Origin: Bacteroidota bacterium
GTDB taxonomy: Bacteria > Bacteroidota > Bacteroidia > Bacteroidales > JACABE01
Direction: 5' to 3'
Length of the DNA stretch: 64,000 bases
NCBI GenBank assembly: GCA_026391675.1
Contig: JAPLDQ010000019.1
Span: 87,780-151,779, forward strand
Shown: positions 20,655-30,319 of the stretch, in pieces
How the letters are laid out: every line of letters starts with the position of its first letter
Numbering within the stretch: the first letter of the stretch is position 1
Position numbers and translations under genes: made by a program
Notes under the pieces: generated by a model
Databases searched by the model: none
Told to the model about the DNA's origin: nothing
What the model saw: only the letters and a program-made list of their open reading frames with translations

Positions 20655-20748
20655 TTATTGGTTATTGGTTATTGGTTATTAGTAATTAGTTTGTTTATTC
20701 ATAATTCATAATTCATAATTCATAATTTATAATTTATAACTCATAACT
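20647..20748. repeat. Short-period tandem arrays between convergent genes: (GTTATTR)x6, then (YATAAYT)x7
   Basis: Heptads were read directly. GTTATTA/GTTATTG run from 20647 to 20688 and start inside the last codons of the ComB-like gene. CATAATT/TATAACT/CATAACT run from 20700 to 20748 and end 6 nt before the stop of the 1515-aa gene. Confidence 0.9.
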
Positions 20749-20754
20749 ATCAAC

Positions 20755-23700
20755 CTACTCCTCCTTTTTTTCAGGTTCTTGCGGCGGAGGAATTTCGTCG
20801 CCGGTAGCACCAATAGCTTGCATTTTCTTTAGAAAATCAGTCTTTTTACGTTCAGTAGACAAATAATATGAATAAGCGGGCATGCCATTTTCAGCCTCCA
20901 AACGACGATTCTTAGGTTTCTCCAGGGTAATAAAATCATTAAAAGATTTAATGGAAGAATAAGCCTGCATTAAATTATTACTATAGGTAAAGAAATACCA
21001 TTCAGCATCGTCTAATTCAAGATACAAGGTAAATATATCCCCGCTTCTTTTTTTTATGATTTGAAGATTCCCTTTCACATATTTATTAATCTGATCTTTT
21101 CCGACATTGCCAATACCGATAGCTCCCATTGAAACAAAGGATTTGGTAATTGAATCGTATCTGAGTTTAACATCTGTCAGCATGAAAGTTTTATCCAGGG
21201 CATCAGGAACTTTCCTGAGCGACCCGTACATATTTAACTCATTGATTACTTTTTCAGCTCCTTTTTCTCCAAGAATTTCATAATAAGCATTTTTTACTTT
21301 TCCGGTATTACTATTTTCAATACTGCTCAGGCTGTTATTGGTATAAAGGCTTTTTCCCATCATCTTCATTGCATCATACTGGAAAAAGAAATTAACAGTC
21401 ATTACCAGATCAAAAGTAGCTTCATTACTTCTCATATTATTGGTAACCCTTCCAAAACTTGCCATCTGCATTCTGCCCAGATTGGTTCCCATATTTATAT
21501 TTCCATCTCCTGTTGTAACACAATTTGTAATATCCAGTACCAGCTTATTTCCAAGTGTATCAGGATTCAGTAATTTCTCTTTGGATGCAATGATATATTC
21601 ATTTTTTGGTTTATTATAGGTTAAAAATCCGGAAGCAGATACCACAGCTGTATCGCTGTAGAATCTTTTAGGTCCGGCAAAAGAAGTATAAATCTGTGCT
21701 GTATTTGCATATAATATGGCAGCAGCTAATTTTCTGCCATCAGTAGCTTTAGGATCAGCATCTATAGGGATAAAAATCTGTTTTGGATTAATTTCAGCAC
21801 TAAATTTTAACCAGGTTTTAGCTGATTCATCACATAACTGATTGATTCTGGTACCACCGCTGAATGTTAAAAATTCTCGGTTTGCTTTAAGCTGAACGCT
21901 ACCGGCGAAATCAAAAGCAGGGCTCAAAGCAAAATCAGATGAATCTGAAATTGTACCGTTTGCATAGGTACGAAGATTCGGGTCTACGCCCATTTTATCA
22001 AAAAACAGCTTAAATTTAATATCATTTTCATCAACATAATCATAATTAGCACTTGCAAAATAACTTTGTCTGCCTCTGACAGAAACTGTAGCATTATAAA
22101 AACTATGATATTTATTTGTTCTATTGGCAACAATTGTAGCATTGGTAAAAGATGACATTTCGGCCTGCCGTAATATCACAACCTTACCATCCGCCGGAGC
22201 AATAGCAGCATCAGCAACTTTAATAAGCTTTACATCTTCGGCAGTTAATATATAATCTTTCATATTAAATAAAGCCCTGGGAGATTTAAATCGCAGAGAA
22301 TCCTGAGAAGGATGCGTTGAAACAAAATCTGAACCTGGTAATTTAGCTGAAATGAGTTCTTTCAATGATAATTTATCGATATTTTCTTCAACTGTCTTTT
22401 TTGTATTCTTCAAAGCCAGTTCATCCTTATCCATAAACCATTCCAGAAAATCCATGTAACAGATATATTTGTTTACAGGAAAGTTAACCTTTGATGCATC
22501 AGAATTTGATTTGAATTCACCTTTACGTTTCTGAAAATCAATATGAGATTTATAATTCTCAGTATTAAAAGCTAAATCGGTTAAATCGTATGTTCTTAAA
22601 CGGAAATTCGCAGTATCTGCATCAAATAAATGCTGTTTGAAACTGTATAAATTTGATTCCATTTCAGCTTTTTCAAAAACCATTTTTCCTTTACCACTTA
22701 AACCTTTTGGTGTAAGCATTACCATTCCGTTAAGCTGAGATGCCCTGTTATACATTGCAAAAGCTGTATCAATCTGTGCAACTAACATTGAATCCCTGTA
22801 GGGAAACCAGCGTTGATTTACATTGGTAACAGTTAATTGCGGGTATTCTGTCAATGCAGTTTGTTCTTTTATATCAAAGTTTTGAGTAACAGCATGCATA
22901 GAATCCGGCAGAAAAATAAAATTATTTGATAATGATGTAGATGTCAGATAATCGAGCTTACCATTACCTCTTAAGCCCATATTACTCAAATCTATCTTAT
23001 TAAAATACCTGGCTTTGCCACCATAATTAGCCAAACCTGCAGGTGGTGTATTTCTCACAAATCCTAAGGAATAATCAGGTTGAACTCTCAAAGGCTCAAA
23101 TATTTCAGGGAATATACCTGCTGAAGTTAAACTGCCGTCAAACCTCAAACTATCAGTTTTAATCCTGTCAAGATTTTTAATAATAAAAGGTTGTAAGTGA
23201 TAGAAAAATTTATTCTTTTCATACGCTCCGTTCTGAATATATTGTTTATCGTAATAAACATAAGATTCATCCTTACTTTTAAATACAGGGTATTCGGGAT
23301 ATGGCTTTAATCCTGCTTTGTTGGTAGGATAATCTACTAATATTTCGCCCCTCAGATTTTGAATTACTGTTTTTAATCTTACCAAAGGACGTTCACCCTT
23401 TTCGTCAGGAACAAAAGATTCAACTTTTATACTCATGGAGTCGATAACAGGCATATTCAGTTTAAAATCATCATATTGAAATGAAGAATTTTTGGAAAAA
23501 TAATCAAAATTTCCGGCGTGAATTAAACCTGTAAATAAAAAATCCCTGTTTTTCTTTACAATTACTTCAGCATTAGTTGGAAAAATAAAAACCTGTTGCG
23601 AATCGCTCAGTAAAATAATCGGAACACCTTTAATTTTTAAATCAAAATTCAGTAAACTCAAAGAAGCGTTAACACCATTTTCAACCGTTGAACGAAACTG

Positions 23701-25302
23701 AATTGCATCATAATCAATCTTTTTATTTAAAGCTTTGATATATTCTCTTACTTTATCTTTAACAAAAACTGTCTCATCGGAAGGATTATAAATAAGAAAG
23801 CCCAAATTAGCAAGATTAATAAGCATGGCCTTAACCTGATCAGCATCAATTTTGATATATTTTGCAAGATCGCTCACAGTAAATGTATTAATACCATAGG
23901 CATCCATATATTGCTTAACTTTATATATGGGGTTAATTTCATCTATCCCCTGCAACTTCGCAAAACGTGCTTCAGAGTAATAATTAAACGATTCAAAGGT
24001 TGCCAGACTGGTTCTTCCGGGTGAGCGGACCATGCTGAAATCAATTTTTGCTTCATCCATTTTCCAATACATTGCTTCAATATACATATCCAGTTTATGA
24101 TATGTATTAAAAAAAGGACTTTTGGATACATCATTCATACCACGGATTAAGGTTAATTCCTTGAAGTCATTCAAATATTTCATTTCCAGATTTGGCTGAT
24201 AAATTGAATCTTCTTTCCAGTAAATAATTACAGATGCATTACTGGAAGAAACTTTATCGGTACGAATCACAAATAATTTAGAGGTTACATGTACAAATTC
24301 CTTATTATCTTTTTTGAAAATAAGTTTTGCATCATAATAGCTATCACCGGTACCAATAACCTTATTACCATTTATAGCAAAACCACCTTCATAATCAACA
24401 TTTGGAAAGAGATTTTTAATGCTTACGTTTTTTTCATAAGAGTTAAACCTTGGATAAGAAGCTTTATCTTCGGTAATATCAGCCATTATTTTCTCCTGAA
24501 GTGATCCGGTTAAAAAAGATTTAAAATAAGCAGGATAGAAAAACCTGACAGAATCTATAGTATATTTTGCAAATTTTAAATCAATCGAATATTTACCGAT
24601 ATAAGCATAGACATCATTGGGAGGAAAACCGGCTCTTTCCCAGGAAATTTTGCCGCCCTCTCCTATCCATTTATTATCAATTGGATAATAAACACCTTTT
24701 GTATTAAGAACTACAGAACTATCTTTACTTGCAAGACAGCATAAATCAAGTGAAGGAAATACTATTCTTAAACTTGAATCATTCACAAAATAATAATCAT
24801 CATTACTTGAATACCAACATACATTTCTTGAATTATAAATAAAATTTGATTTCAATAAATTTTCAGTTGTTTCCAAAAAACCGGCAAAATATCTTACCTT
24901 TTTTGCATCAAGTAAACTTATAACACCTTTAAACCAAGCAGTATAACTATTTTCCTTTTGCTTGCTATTTTTAAAAATGCTGATACAGCTATAGAAATTA
25001 TAAAAATTAGGATAAGCCCTTAATTTGGCTTTTAACATTAAATTAGATGCTGTAATGATCTGTGTTTTTTGTTCATCGGAAATATCTGTAGTATTCCAAT
25101 GCGCATCAAAGTCCATAAACATACTATCTATCTTAAGCTTAGTTTCTTTCTCAAGATTTTTATCATTATAAAAGAATGACTTAACTTCTTCCAGAAAGAG
25201 TTGCTGATCTTTTGGAAAATTACGGATTTGTTGAGAATATAAGGATTGAAATGGTATTAATAAACTTACAACCAAACACAAAAAGATATGTTTTTTAAAC
25301 AT
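20755..25302 (-). CDS. Very large (1515 aa) secreted protein of unknown function
   Basis: Long uninterrupted ORF with an N-terminal signal peptide (MFKKHIFLCLVVSLLIPFQSLYSQQ). I recognise no catalytic motifs. The C-terminus is acidic and Pro-rich (PPPQEPEKKEE). Confidence 0.8.
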   Translation of the reverse strand: MFKKHIFLCLVVSLLIPFQSLYSQQIRNFPKDQQLFLEEVKSFFYNDKNLEKETKLKIDSMFMDFDAHWNTTDISDEQKTQIITASNLMLKAKLRAYPNFYNFYSCISIFKNSKQKENSYTAWFKGVISLLDAKKVRYFAGFLETTENLLKSNFIYNSRNVCWYSSNDDYYFVNDSSLRIVFPSLDLCCLASKDSSVVLNTKGVYYPIDNKWIGEGGKISWERAGFPPNDVYAYIGKYSIDLKFAKYTIDSVRFFYPAYFKSFLTGSLQEKIMADITEDKASYPRFNSYEKNVSIKNLFPNVDYEGGFAINGNKVIGTGDSYYDAKLIFKKDNKEFVHVTSKLFVIRTDKVSSSNASVIIYWKEDSIYQPNLEMKYLNDFKELTLIRGMNDVSKSPFFNTYHKLDMYIEAMYWKMDEAKIDFSMVRSPGRTSLATFESFNYYSEARFAKLQGIDEINPIYKVKQYMDAYGINTFTVSDLAKYIKIDADQVKAMLINLANLGFLIYNPSDETVFVKDKVREYIKALNKKIDYDAIQFRSTVENGVNASLSLLNFDLKIKGVPIILLSDSQQVFIFPTNAEVIVKKNRDFLFTGLIHAGNFDYFSKNSSFQYDDFKLNMPVIDSMSIKVESFVPDEKGERPLVRLKTVIQNLRGEILVDYPTNKAGLKPYPEYPVFKSKDESYVYYDKQYIQNGAYEKNKFFYHLQPFIIKNLDRIKTDSLRFDGSLTSAGIFPEIFEPLRVQPDYSLGFVRNTPPAGLANYGGKARYFNKIDLSNMGLRGNGKLDYLTSTSLSNNFIFLPDSMHAVTQNFDIKEQTALTEYPQLTVTNVNQRWFPYRDSMLVAQIDTAFAMYNRASQLNGMVMLTPKGLSGKGKMVFEKAEMESNLYSFKQHLFDADTANFRLRTYDLTDLAFNTENYKSHIDFQKRKGEFKSNSDASKVNFPVNKYICYMDFLEWFMDKDELALKNTKKTVEENIDKLSLKELISAKLPGSDFVSTHPSQDSLRFKSPRALFNMKDYILTAEDVKLIKVADAAIAPADGKVVILRQAEMSSFTNATIVANRTNKYHSFYNATVSVRGRQSYFASANYDYVDENDIKFKLFFDKMGVDPNLRTYANGTISDSSDFALSPAFDFAGSVQLKANREFLTFSGGTRINQLCDESAKTWLKFSAEINPKQIFIPIDADPKATDGRKLAAAILYANTAQIYTSFAGPKRFYSDTAVVSASGFLTYNKPKNEYIIASKEKLLNPDTLGNKLVLDITNCVTTGDGNINMGTNLGRMQMASFGRVTNNMRSNEATFDLVMTVNFFFQYDAMKMMGKSLYTNNSLSSIENSNTGKVKNAYYEILGEKGAEKVINELNMYGSLRKVPDALDKTFMLTDVKLRYDSITKSFVSMGAIGIGNVGKDQINKYVKGNLQIIKKRSGDIFTLYLELDDAEWYFFTYSNNLMQAYSSIKSFNDFITLEKPKNRRLEAENGMPAYSYYLSTERKKTDFLKKMQAIGATGDEIPPPQEPEKKEE

Positions 25303-25317
25303 AAAATGAATAATATT

Positions 25318-26148
25318 TTATTTATAAAATCTTACCGCTGCCCAATTATTTTTCGATATAAAACGATCAAAACATAAATTGTATTTTGTACATTCGGATT
25401 TAATTACATCAATATCGTTTTCATAAAAACCGCTCATCATCAAAACGCCATTGGTATTTAATGCTGCTGCATAGGTATGAATGTCATTCAGTAAAATATT
25501 TCTGTTGATATTGGCTATAATTACATCAAAGTTCAAACCGTCAAGCTGTTGTGCATCACCTAATAAAACTTTAATATGAGGCTCATTATTTTTCAGGATA
25601 TTTTCAAGTGAATTATTATAAGCCCATTCATCATTGTCAATCGCCATTATGTTAACGGCTCCTAATTTTGCAGCTAAAATTGCCAGTACACTTGTACCAC
25701 AACCCATATCCAACGTGGTTTTCCCTTTAATATTCTCTGAAAGCAGCAATTCAATCATCATAGAAGTAGTTTCATGATGTGCTGTCCCAAAAGACATTTT
25801 TGGCTCAATGACCAAATCAAACTCTACATCATTATTTTCGGGATGAAACGGAGCTCTGATACCACATCTGCCGGCAATTATAACCGGCTCGTAATTGGAT
25901 TCCCATACTTCATTCCAGTTTTTATCTTCCATTTGCTGAAATATATATGAAAAGAGTGAAGGATTTTCTTTAATAATCTGAATATCTTTAATTTTATCTT
26001 CGTTAAAATCCTGTTTTTGAATATACGCAAGCATGCCTGTTTCTGTATCCACAAAACTTTCAAATCCTATTTCGCCCAGCTCAACCATAAGAATTTCCAT
26101 TAATGGATTCTCAGGATTTATTTTAACATCAAGTTCGATATAAACCAT
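25318..26148 (-). CDS. prmA: Ribosomal protein L11 methyltransferase
   Basis: 'FGTAHHETT' and the SAM motif 'LDMGCGTSVLAI'. The length (276 aa) is typical of PrmA. Confidence 0.85.
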   Translation of the reverse strand: MVYIELDVKINPENPLMEILMVELGEIGFESFVDTETGMLAYIQKQDFNEDKIKDIQIIKENPSLFSYIFQQMEDKNWNEVWESNYEPVIIAGRCGIRAPFHPENNDVEFDLVIEPKMSFGTAHHETTSMMIELLLSENIKGKTTLDMGCGTSVLAILAAKLGAVNIMAIDNDEWAYNNSLENILKNNEPHIKVLLGDAQQLDGLNFDVIIANINRNILLNDIHTYAAALNTNGVLMMSGFYENDIDVIKSECTKYNLCFDRFISKNNWAAVRFYK

Positions 26149-26157
26149 TTTAATATT

Positions 26158-26916
26158 TTAAAAAGAGTCAATAATTTTAAGAAAATCTTTAGCTTTTAAT
26201 GAAGCGCCACCAATAAGACCGCCATCTACATCTGGATTTGCAAACAGTTCTTTAGCATTTTCAGCATTACAACTACCACCATACAATATGCTTGTGTTTT
26301 TGGCAATTTCTTTACCATATTTTTCAGCTATAAGCGAACGGATATAAGCATGCATTTCCTGTGCCTGCATAGGTGTAGCGGTAACACCTGTTCCTATAGC
26401 CCAAACAGGCTCATAAGCTATAATAATCTTGGCAAAATCAAGTGGATCCAGATTAAAAACTGCATCTGTTAACTGTTGTTTAACCACATCAAATTGTTTA
26501 GCTGCTTCTCGCTCAGGCAAAATTTCACCACAGCAAAAAATGGGTAAAATATTATTTTTTAACAATAATTCTGCTTTTTGGGTAAGTTCCTTGTCTGTTT
26601 CATGAAAATATTTACGTCGTTCTGAGTGTCCGATGATACAATATTCAACGCCCATAGATTCCAGCATTTTAGCAGCAACTTCACCGGTATAAGCACCGGC
26701 ATCGTGACAACTGACATTCTGAGCACCAACAGCATAATCACTTTCCTGTGCATAATCTGTAGTCATTTCCAAAAAAGTAAAAGGAGGACAAAGCACTACA
26801 TTTACACTTTTTTGATTGGCTTCTTCCAGTCCATCCATAATTTCGTTGATCAATTCATCAGCTTCCTGAAAAGTATTGTTCATTTTCCAGTTTCCAGCTA
26901 CAATTTTTCTTCTCAT
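26158..26916 (-). CDS. tpiA: Triosephosphate isomerase
   Basis: 'AGNWKMN', 'IIGHSERR', 'IAYEPVWAIGTG', 'ILYGGS'. Confidence 0.95.
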   Translation of the reverse strand: MRRKIVAGNWKMNNTFQEADELINEIMDGLEEANQKSVNVVLCPPFTFLEMTTDYAQESDYAVGAQNVSCHDAGAYTGEVAAKMLESMGVEYCIIGHSERRKYFHETDKELTQKAELLLKNNILPIFCCGEILPEREAAKQFDVVKQQLTDAVFNLDPLDFAKIIIAYEPVWAIGTGVTATPMQAQEMHAYIRSLIAEKYGKEIAKNTSILYGGSCNAENAKELFANPDVDGGLIGGASLKAKDFLKIIDSF

Positions 26917-26929
26917 TTTTAAAAATTTA

Positions 26930-27047
26930 GTTATTTGGTTATTAGGTTATTGAGTTATTGGCTTTTGGCTTTTAGCATTTAGCTTTTAGCTTTTGGCTAT
27001 TAGCCTATATCTTATAACTTATAACTCATAACTCATAATTTATAATT
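26930..27047. repeat. Tripartite short-period array: (GTTATTN) units, (GCTTTTR)x5-6, then (TYATAAY)x5
   Basis: Read directly. GGTTATT-type units run 26930-26960. GGCTTTT/AGCTTTT/AGCATTT heptads run 26961-26997. TTATAAC/TCATAAC/TCATAAT units run 27012-27046. The array lies between the tpiA start and the permease stop. Confidence 0.9.
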
Positions 27048-27062
27048 CACAAAATCAGCGCC

Positions 27063-28142
27063 TTACTCCAGTCTTATTCTGGGGTCTAACAATCCATATA
27101 AAATATCTACAAAGATATTGATAATTACCAATATGACAGATATAAAAAGCAAAATACCCATTACCACAGGAAAGTCATATTTTTCCAATGCATCAACTAT
27201 AGCAACACCTACACCTTTCCAGTCAAATACATATTCAACAAAAACAGCACCAGCCATTAAAGATGCAAACCAACCTGAAACAGCAGTAATTACCGGATTC
27301 ATAGCATTTTTTAAAGCATGCCTTGTAATTACAGCATAGGTAGATAATCCTTTTGCTTTAGCAGTTCTAATATAATCCTGTGAGAGAACATCCAGCATTG
27401 AGCTCCGGGTTAACTCAACAATTACTGCAAGAGGTCTTATACCAAGAGTAAATGCAGGTAATATCAGGTTCTTTAAATCAAGATGTTCGCCATTGCCAAA
27501 ATCATCAACAGAATACATGCTGCCAAACATGCTTAATCCTGTATATTTAGCCAATACAAAAGCGAAAAGCCATGCAATAATTATAGCTGCAAAAAAAGAA
27601 GGTAATGACATCCCAAATGCTGACAATACTAATGATATCCTGTCGAAAAAACCATCCTTTTTAAGTGCGGCAAAAACCCCGACAGTGACTCCTATAACAA
27701 AAGCAAACAACATTGAAACACATGCTAATAATGCAGTTTTAGGAAATGCTTCTGCTATTATTTCAGTAACCATACGTTTACTTTGATAGGAACGGCGCAT
27801 ATAAGGCTTTTTCAGAACCAATGCATAATTTCCGAAAGGAATCAGCCTGACTACTGCAGTATATTTTGTAGTATCGAGATACCAGTAATTCTTATTATCA
27901 GATATATTATGAATGGAGATAATGGATAAATCATTCAGGTAATTGAAATATTGTGTTGTTAATGGTTTATCTCTGCCCAAATCCTTGTTGATGGCTTCAA
28001 CAGAAGCTATATCAGCCCGCTGTCCCAGCATCATTCGTGCAGGATCGCCCGGTAAGACATTAAACAACAGAAAAACAACTGTTATAACACCCAAAATAAC
28101 CAAAAATCCGTAAAACAGTCTTTTAAGAATAAATTGCAGCAT
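27063..28142 (-). CDS. ABC transporter permease (DppB/OppB-type binding-protein-dependent family)
   Basis: N-terminal 'ILKRLFYGFLVILGVITVVFLLFNVLPGDPA', an EAA-like loop 'DYIRTAKAKGLS...ITRHALKNA', and multiple TM segments. Confidence 0.85.
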   Translation of the reverse strand: MLQFILKRLFYGFLVILGVITVVFLLFNVLPGDPARMMLGQRADIASVEAINKDLGRDKPLTTQYFNYLNDLSIISIHNISDNKNYWYLDTTKYTAVVRLIPFGNYALVLKKPYMRRSYQSKRMVTEIIAEAFPKTALLACVSMLFAFVIGVTVGVFAALKKDGFFDRISLVLSAFGMSLPSFFAAIIIAWLFAFVLAKYTGLSMFGSMYSVDDFGNGEHLDLKNLILPAFTLGIRPLAVIVELTRSSMLDVLSQDYIRTAKAKGLSTYAVITRHALKNAMNPVITAVSGWFASLMAGAVFVEYVFDWKGVGVAIVDALEKYDFPVVMGILLFISVILVIINIFVDILYGLLDPRIRLE

Positions 28143-28218
28143 CTGCTTTTTGCTATGATTTTATATCAGTAAGCAAATTTAAACTTTTTTATAATTTGAT
28201 AAAAAAGTATTTACTAAC

Positions 28219-28266
28219 AAAAAAACAACCCTGAAAGGTATTTAAATCTTGTCAGGGTTGTTTTTC
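28219..28266 (-). terminator. Intrinsic terminator (A-tract / 9-bp stem / T-tract; could act in both directions)
   Basis: CAACCCTGA (28226-28234) pairs with TCAGGGTTG (28252-28260). The stem is flanked by an A-run on the left and a T-run on the right, just downstream of the 325-aa minus-strand gene. Confidence 0.65.
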
Positions 28267-28283
28267 AATTTTTGTCCGGTATT

Positions 28284-29261
28284 TTACTTTGCACAATCCA
28301 TTATTTCTTTAAAAACAGCTTTGCGGAAATAAGCTCCCGGCATTGTAAACTGGCCTCTGCCCGATTGGTAGTAATAAACACCATCTTTGGCATTTACCAG
28401 AAAGTGGGTAAATAATAATATATCATTTGCACCCTGTATTCCAAATGGTGAATTATATGCAATCAACACATCTTCTTCATTAAGTATTTTTGACTCAATT
28501 TCTTCACTGCTTACAACATAAACAGTAAATTTTTTATTTCTTTTAAAATCAGCAACATCAGCCGGTTCTTTTATAAATCTTTTATCAATATAAACATCTT
28601 TAGAGGCTATATTTTTGCAATTTTCTTCTGACTGATCTTTGGAAAGGTCACGTGTATCATATTTTTTCTTTTTATCTTTCTCAATTACACTTAGTTGATT
28701 GAGCAATATTTTGATACAAAGTTTTATTTCAGCTGTATTATATAAACGTTCAGGTTCAAATTCATAACCTGTATGATTTTCGATACGAAATTCATTAGCA
28801 AGTCTTTCTTTCAGATTTTTATCCTTTTCAAATTCAGGAGTATAAGTTGCAATAACCACATTATCCGGATTATTAGAACTTAATACTTTTTTATAATCCT
28901 CTAAACGGATTAATCCTATCATACTAAGTCTATGCGATGAATGCATTCTTTTAGGCTTGCCAAATTCTGATCCCTGATAATGCATTTCTTCATAATAATT
29001 GCCTAATACAAGATATTTCTCCCTTTGGTCCTTGGGAATATTCAAACATTCCTTTTGAGTTTTAAACTCAATTTTTTTATTTAATTTCCAGTTTTCGAGC
29101 AACCAGTCTCTAAGTGAATCACCTTGAAAATCAACAATTAAGATACGATTTTTCAATTCAGGCAAGTCATCCGGTTTGATGTCGCAGGGTTGGGCACTTA
29201 GTTTTGTAAATCCCATAAAAAGCATTACTGACATAGCAGTAGTAAAAATCAGTTTTTTCAT
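28284..29261 (-). CDS. Hypothetical secreted protein
   Basis: ORF track, 325 aa, with an N-terminal signal peptide (MKKLIFTTAMSVMLFMGFTKLSAQ). No recognisable motifs. Confidence 0.65.
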   Translation of the reverse strand: MKKLIFTTAMSVMLFMGFTKLSAQPCDIKPDDLPELKNRILIVDFQGDSLRDWLLENWKLNKKIEFKTQKECLNIPKDQREKYLVLGNYYEEMHYQGSEFGKPKRMHSSHRLSMIGLIRLEDYKKVLSSNNPDNVVIATYTPEFEKDKNLKERLANEFRIENHTGYEFEPERLYNTAEIKLCIKILLNQLSVIEKDKKKKYDTRDLSKDQSEENCKNIASKDVYIDKRFIKEPADVADFKRNKKFTVYVVSSEEIESKILNEEDVLIAYNSPFGIQGANDILLFTHFLVNAKDGVYYYQSGRGQFTMPGAYFRKAVFKEIMDCAK

Positions 29262-29378
29262 AAAATTGGTTTGGTTAATTTAAGGCAAAAATAGATTATG
29301 TTTTCTAATTAACAATAATTTTGTTTATTTAATCGAATTGTTTATTTTTGCACTTCGTCAATCATTAATATTAAACCT

Positions 29379-30236
29379 ATGAAAAGATTTTTATTTTTTA
29401 TTTCATTTTGTGCAATTATATCAGGAATTAATGCACAAGACACTATTATTGGCTATTCATTTCCGGCCAATGCTTTTACATCATGCTATCCTAATTCGGG
29501 ACTGGTTGTAAACCTTAACAATTCATTATTGTTTGAGAATTTTGCAATTCCATCCTTCGATTCCATTACTTTTACAAATGGTGTCAGCACTGGAGACTAT
29601 GCAGCCACAACCACCAAATGGGACAATGGAGACACTATTAAAGCATGGGTTATAAAATTTAAAGCAGCGAATTATACTAATTTTAAGATTTCATCCAAAC
29701 AACGCGGTGGAGGAACCAATGCTGGACCTAAAAACTTTCAGATTCAATGGAAAACAGAAACAGGAAACTGGACTGATGTAGCCAATGGACTTATTACCTG
29801 CGGAAACGACTGGACTACCGGAGTAGCTAACCAGTTAGCTGTACCGGTTAGCGGACAGGGAACAGGCTATGTTTATATCAGATGGCTAATGAAAGGAAAT
29901 ACTGATGTAAACGGAGGAACTGTCGGAGTTGCAGGCATTTCTAAGATTGATGATATTTTGCTTACAGCCACTTCAACAGTTGGTGTAAATGATAATACGG
30001 CAAAAAGCGATGTCAGCCTGTATCCTAACCCTTGCAATGGTAAATTTACAATAAATGCAGTAAAAGCAGTAAAAGAAATTAGTGTTTACAATATTATTGG
30101 AAAACAAATACTTACTGAAAATACTTTTTCATCTTATCTTTCAATTGATTTAACAAGCTTTGGTAAAGGAATTTATTTCGTTAAATTAAGATATAATGAT
30201 AACAGCTTTTATACAGAAAAAATACTGGTTAGATAA
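29379..30236 (+). CDS. Secreted protein with a T9SS C-terminal sorting domain
   Basis: Signal peptide. The C-terminal 'SLYPNPCNGKFTI...GIYFVKLRYNDNSFYTEKILVR' is a T9SS type A pattern. Confidence 0.75.
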   Translation: MKRFLFFISFCAIISGINAQDTIIGYSFPANAFTSCYPNSGLVVNLNNSLLFENFAIPSFDSITFTNGVSTGDYAATTTKWDNGDTIKAWVIKFKAANYTNFKISSKQRGGGTNAGPKNFQIQWKTETGNWTDVANGLITCGNDWTTGVANQLAVPVSGQGTGYVYIRWLMKGNTDVNGGTVGVAGISKIDDILLTATSTVGVNDNTAKSDVSLYPNPCNGKFTINAVKAVKEISVYNIIGKQILTENTFSSYLSIDLTSFGKGIYFVKLRYNDNSFYTEKILVR

Positions 30237-30270
30237 TTATTGTTGTTTGTTTTGTTTGTCTAATTGAGTT

Positions 30271-30303
30271 AAAAAGCCTTTCAGTAAATGGAAGGCTTTT
30301 TTT
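30271..30303. terminator. Bidirectional intrinsic terminator between convergent genes
   Basis: In AAAAAGCCTTTC-AGTAAAT-GGAAGGCTTTTTTT the stem is 7 bp including one G-U pair. An A-run sits upstream and a T-run downstream. Confidence 0.6.
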
Positions 30304-30319
30304 ATTTCTGATTATCATA

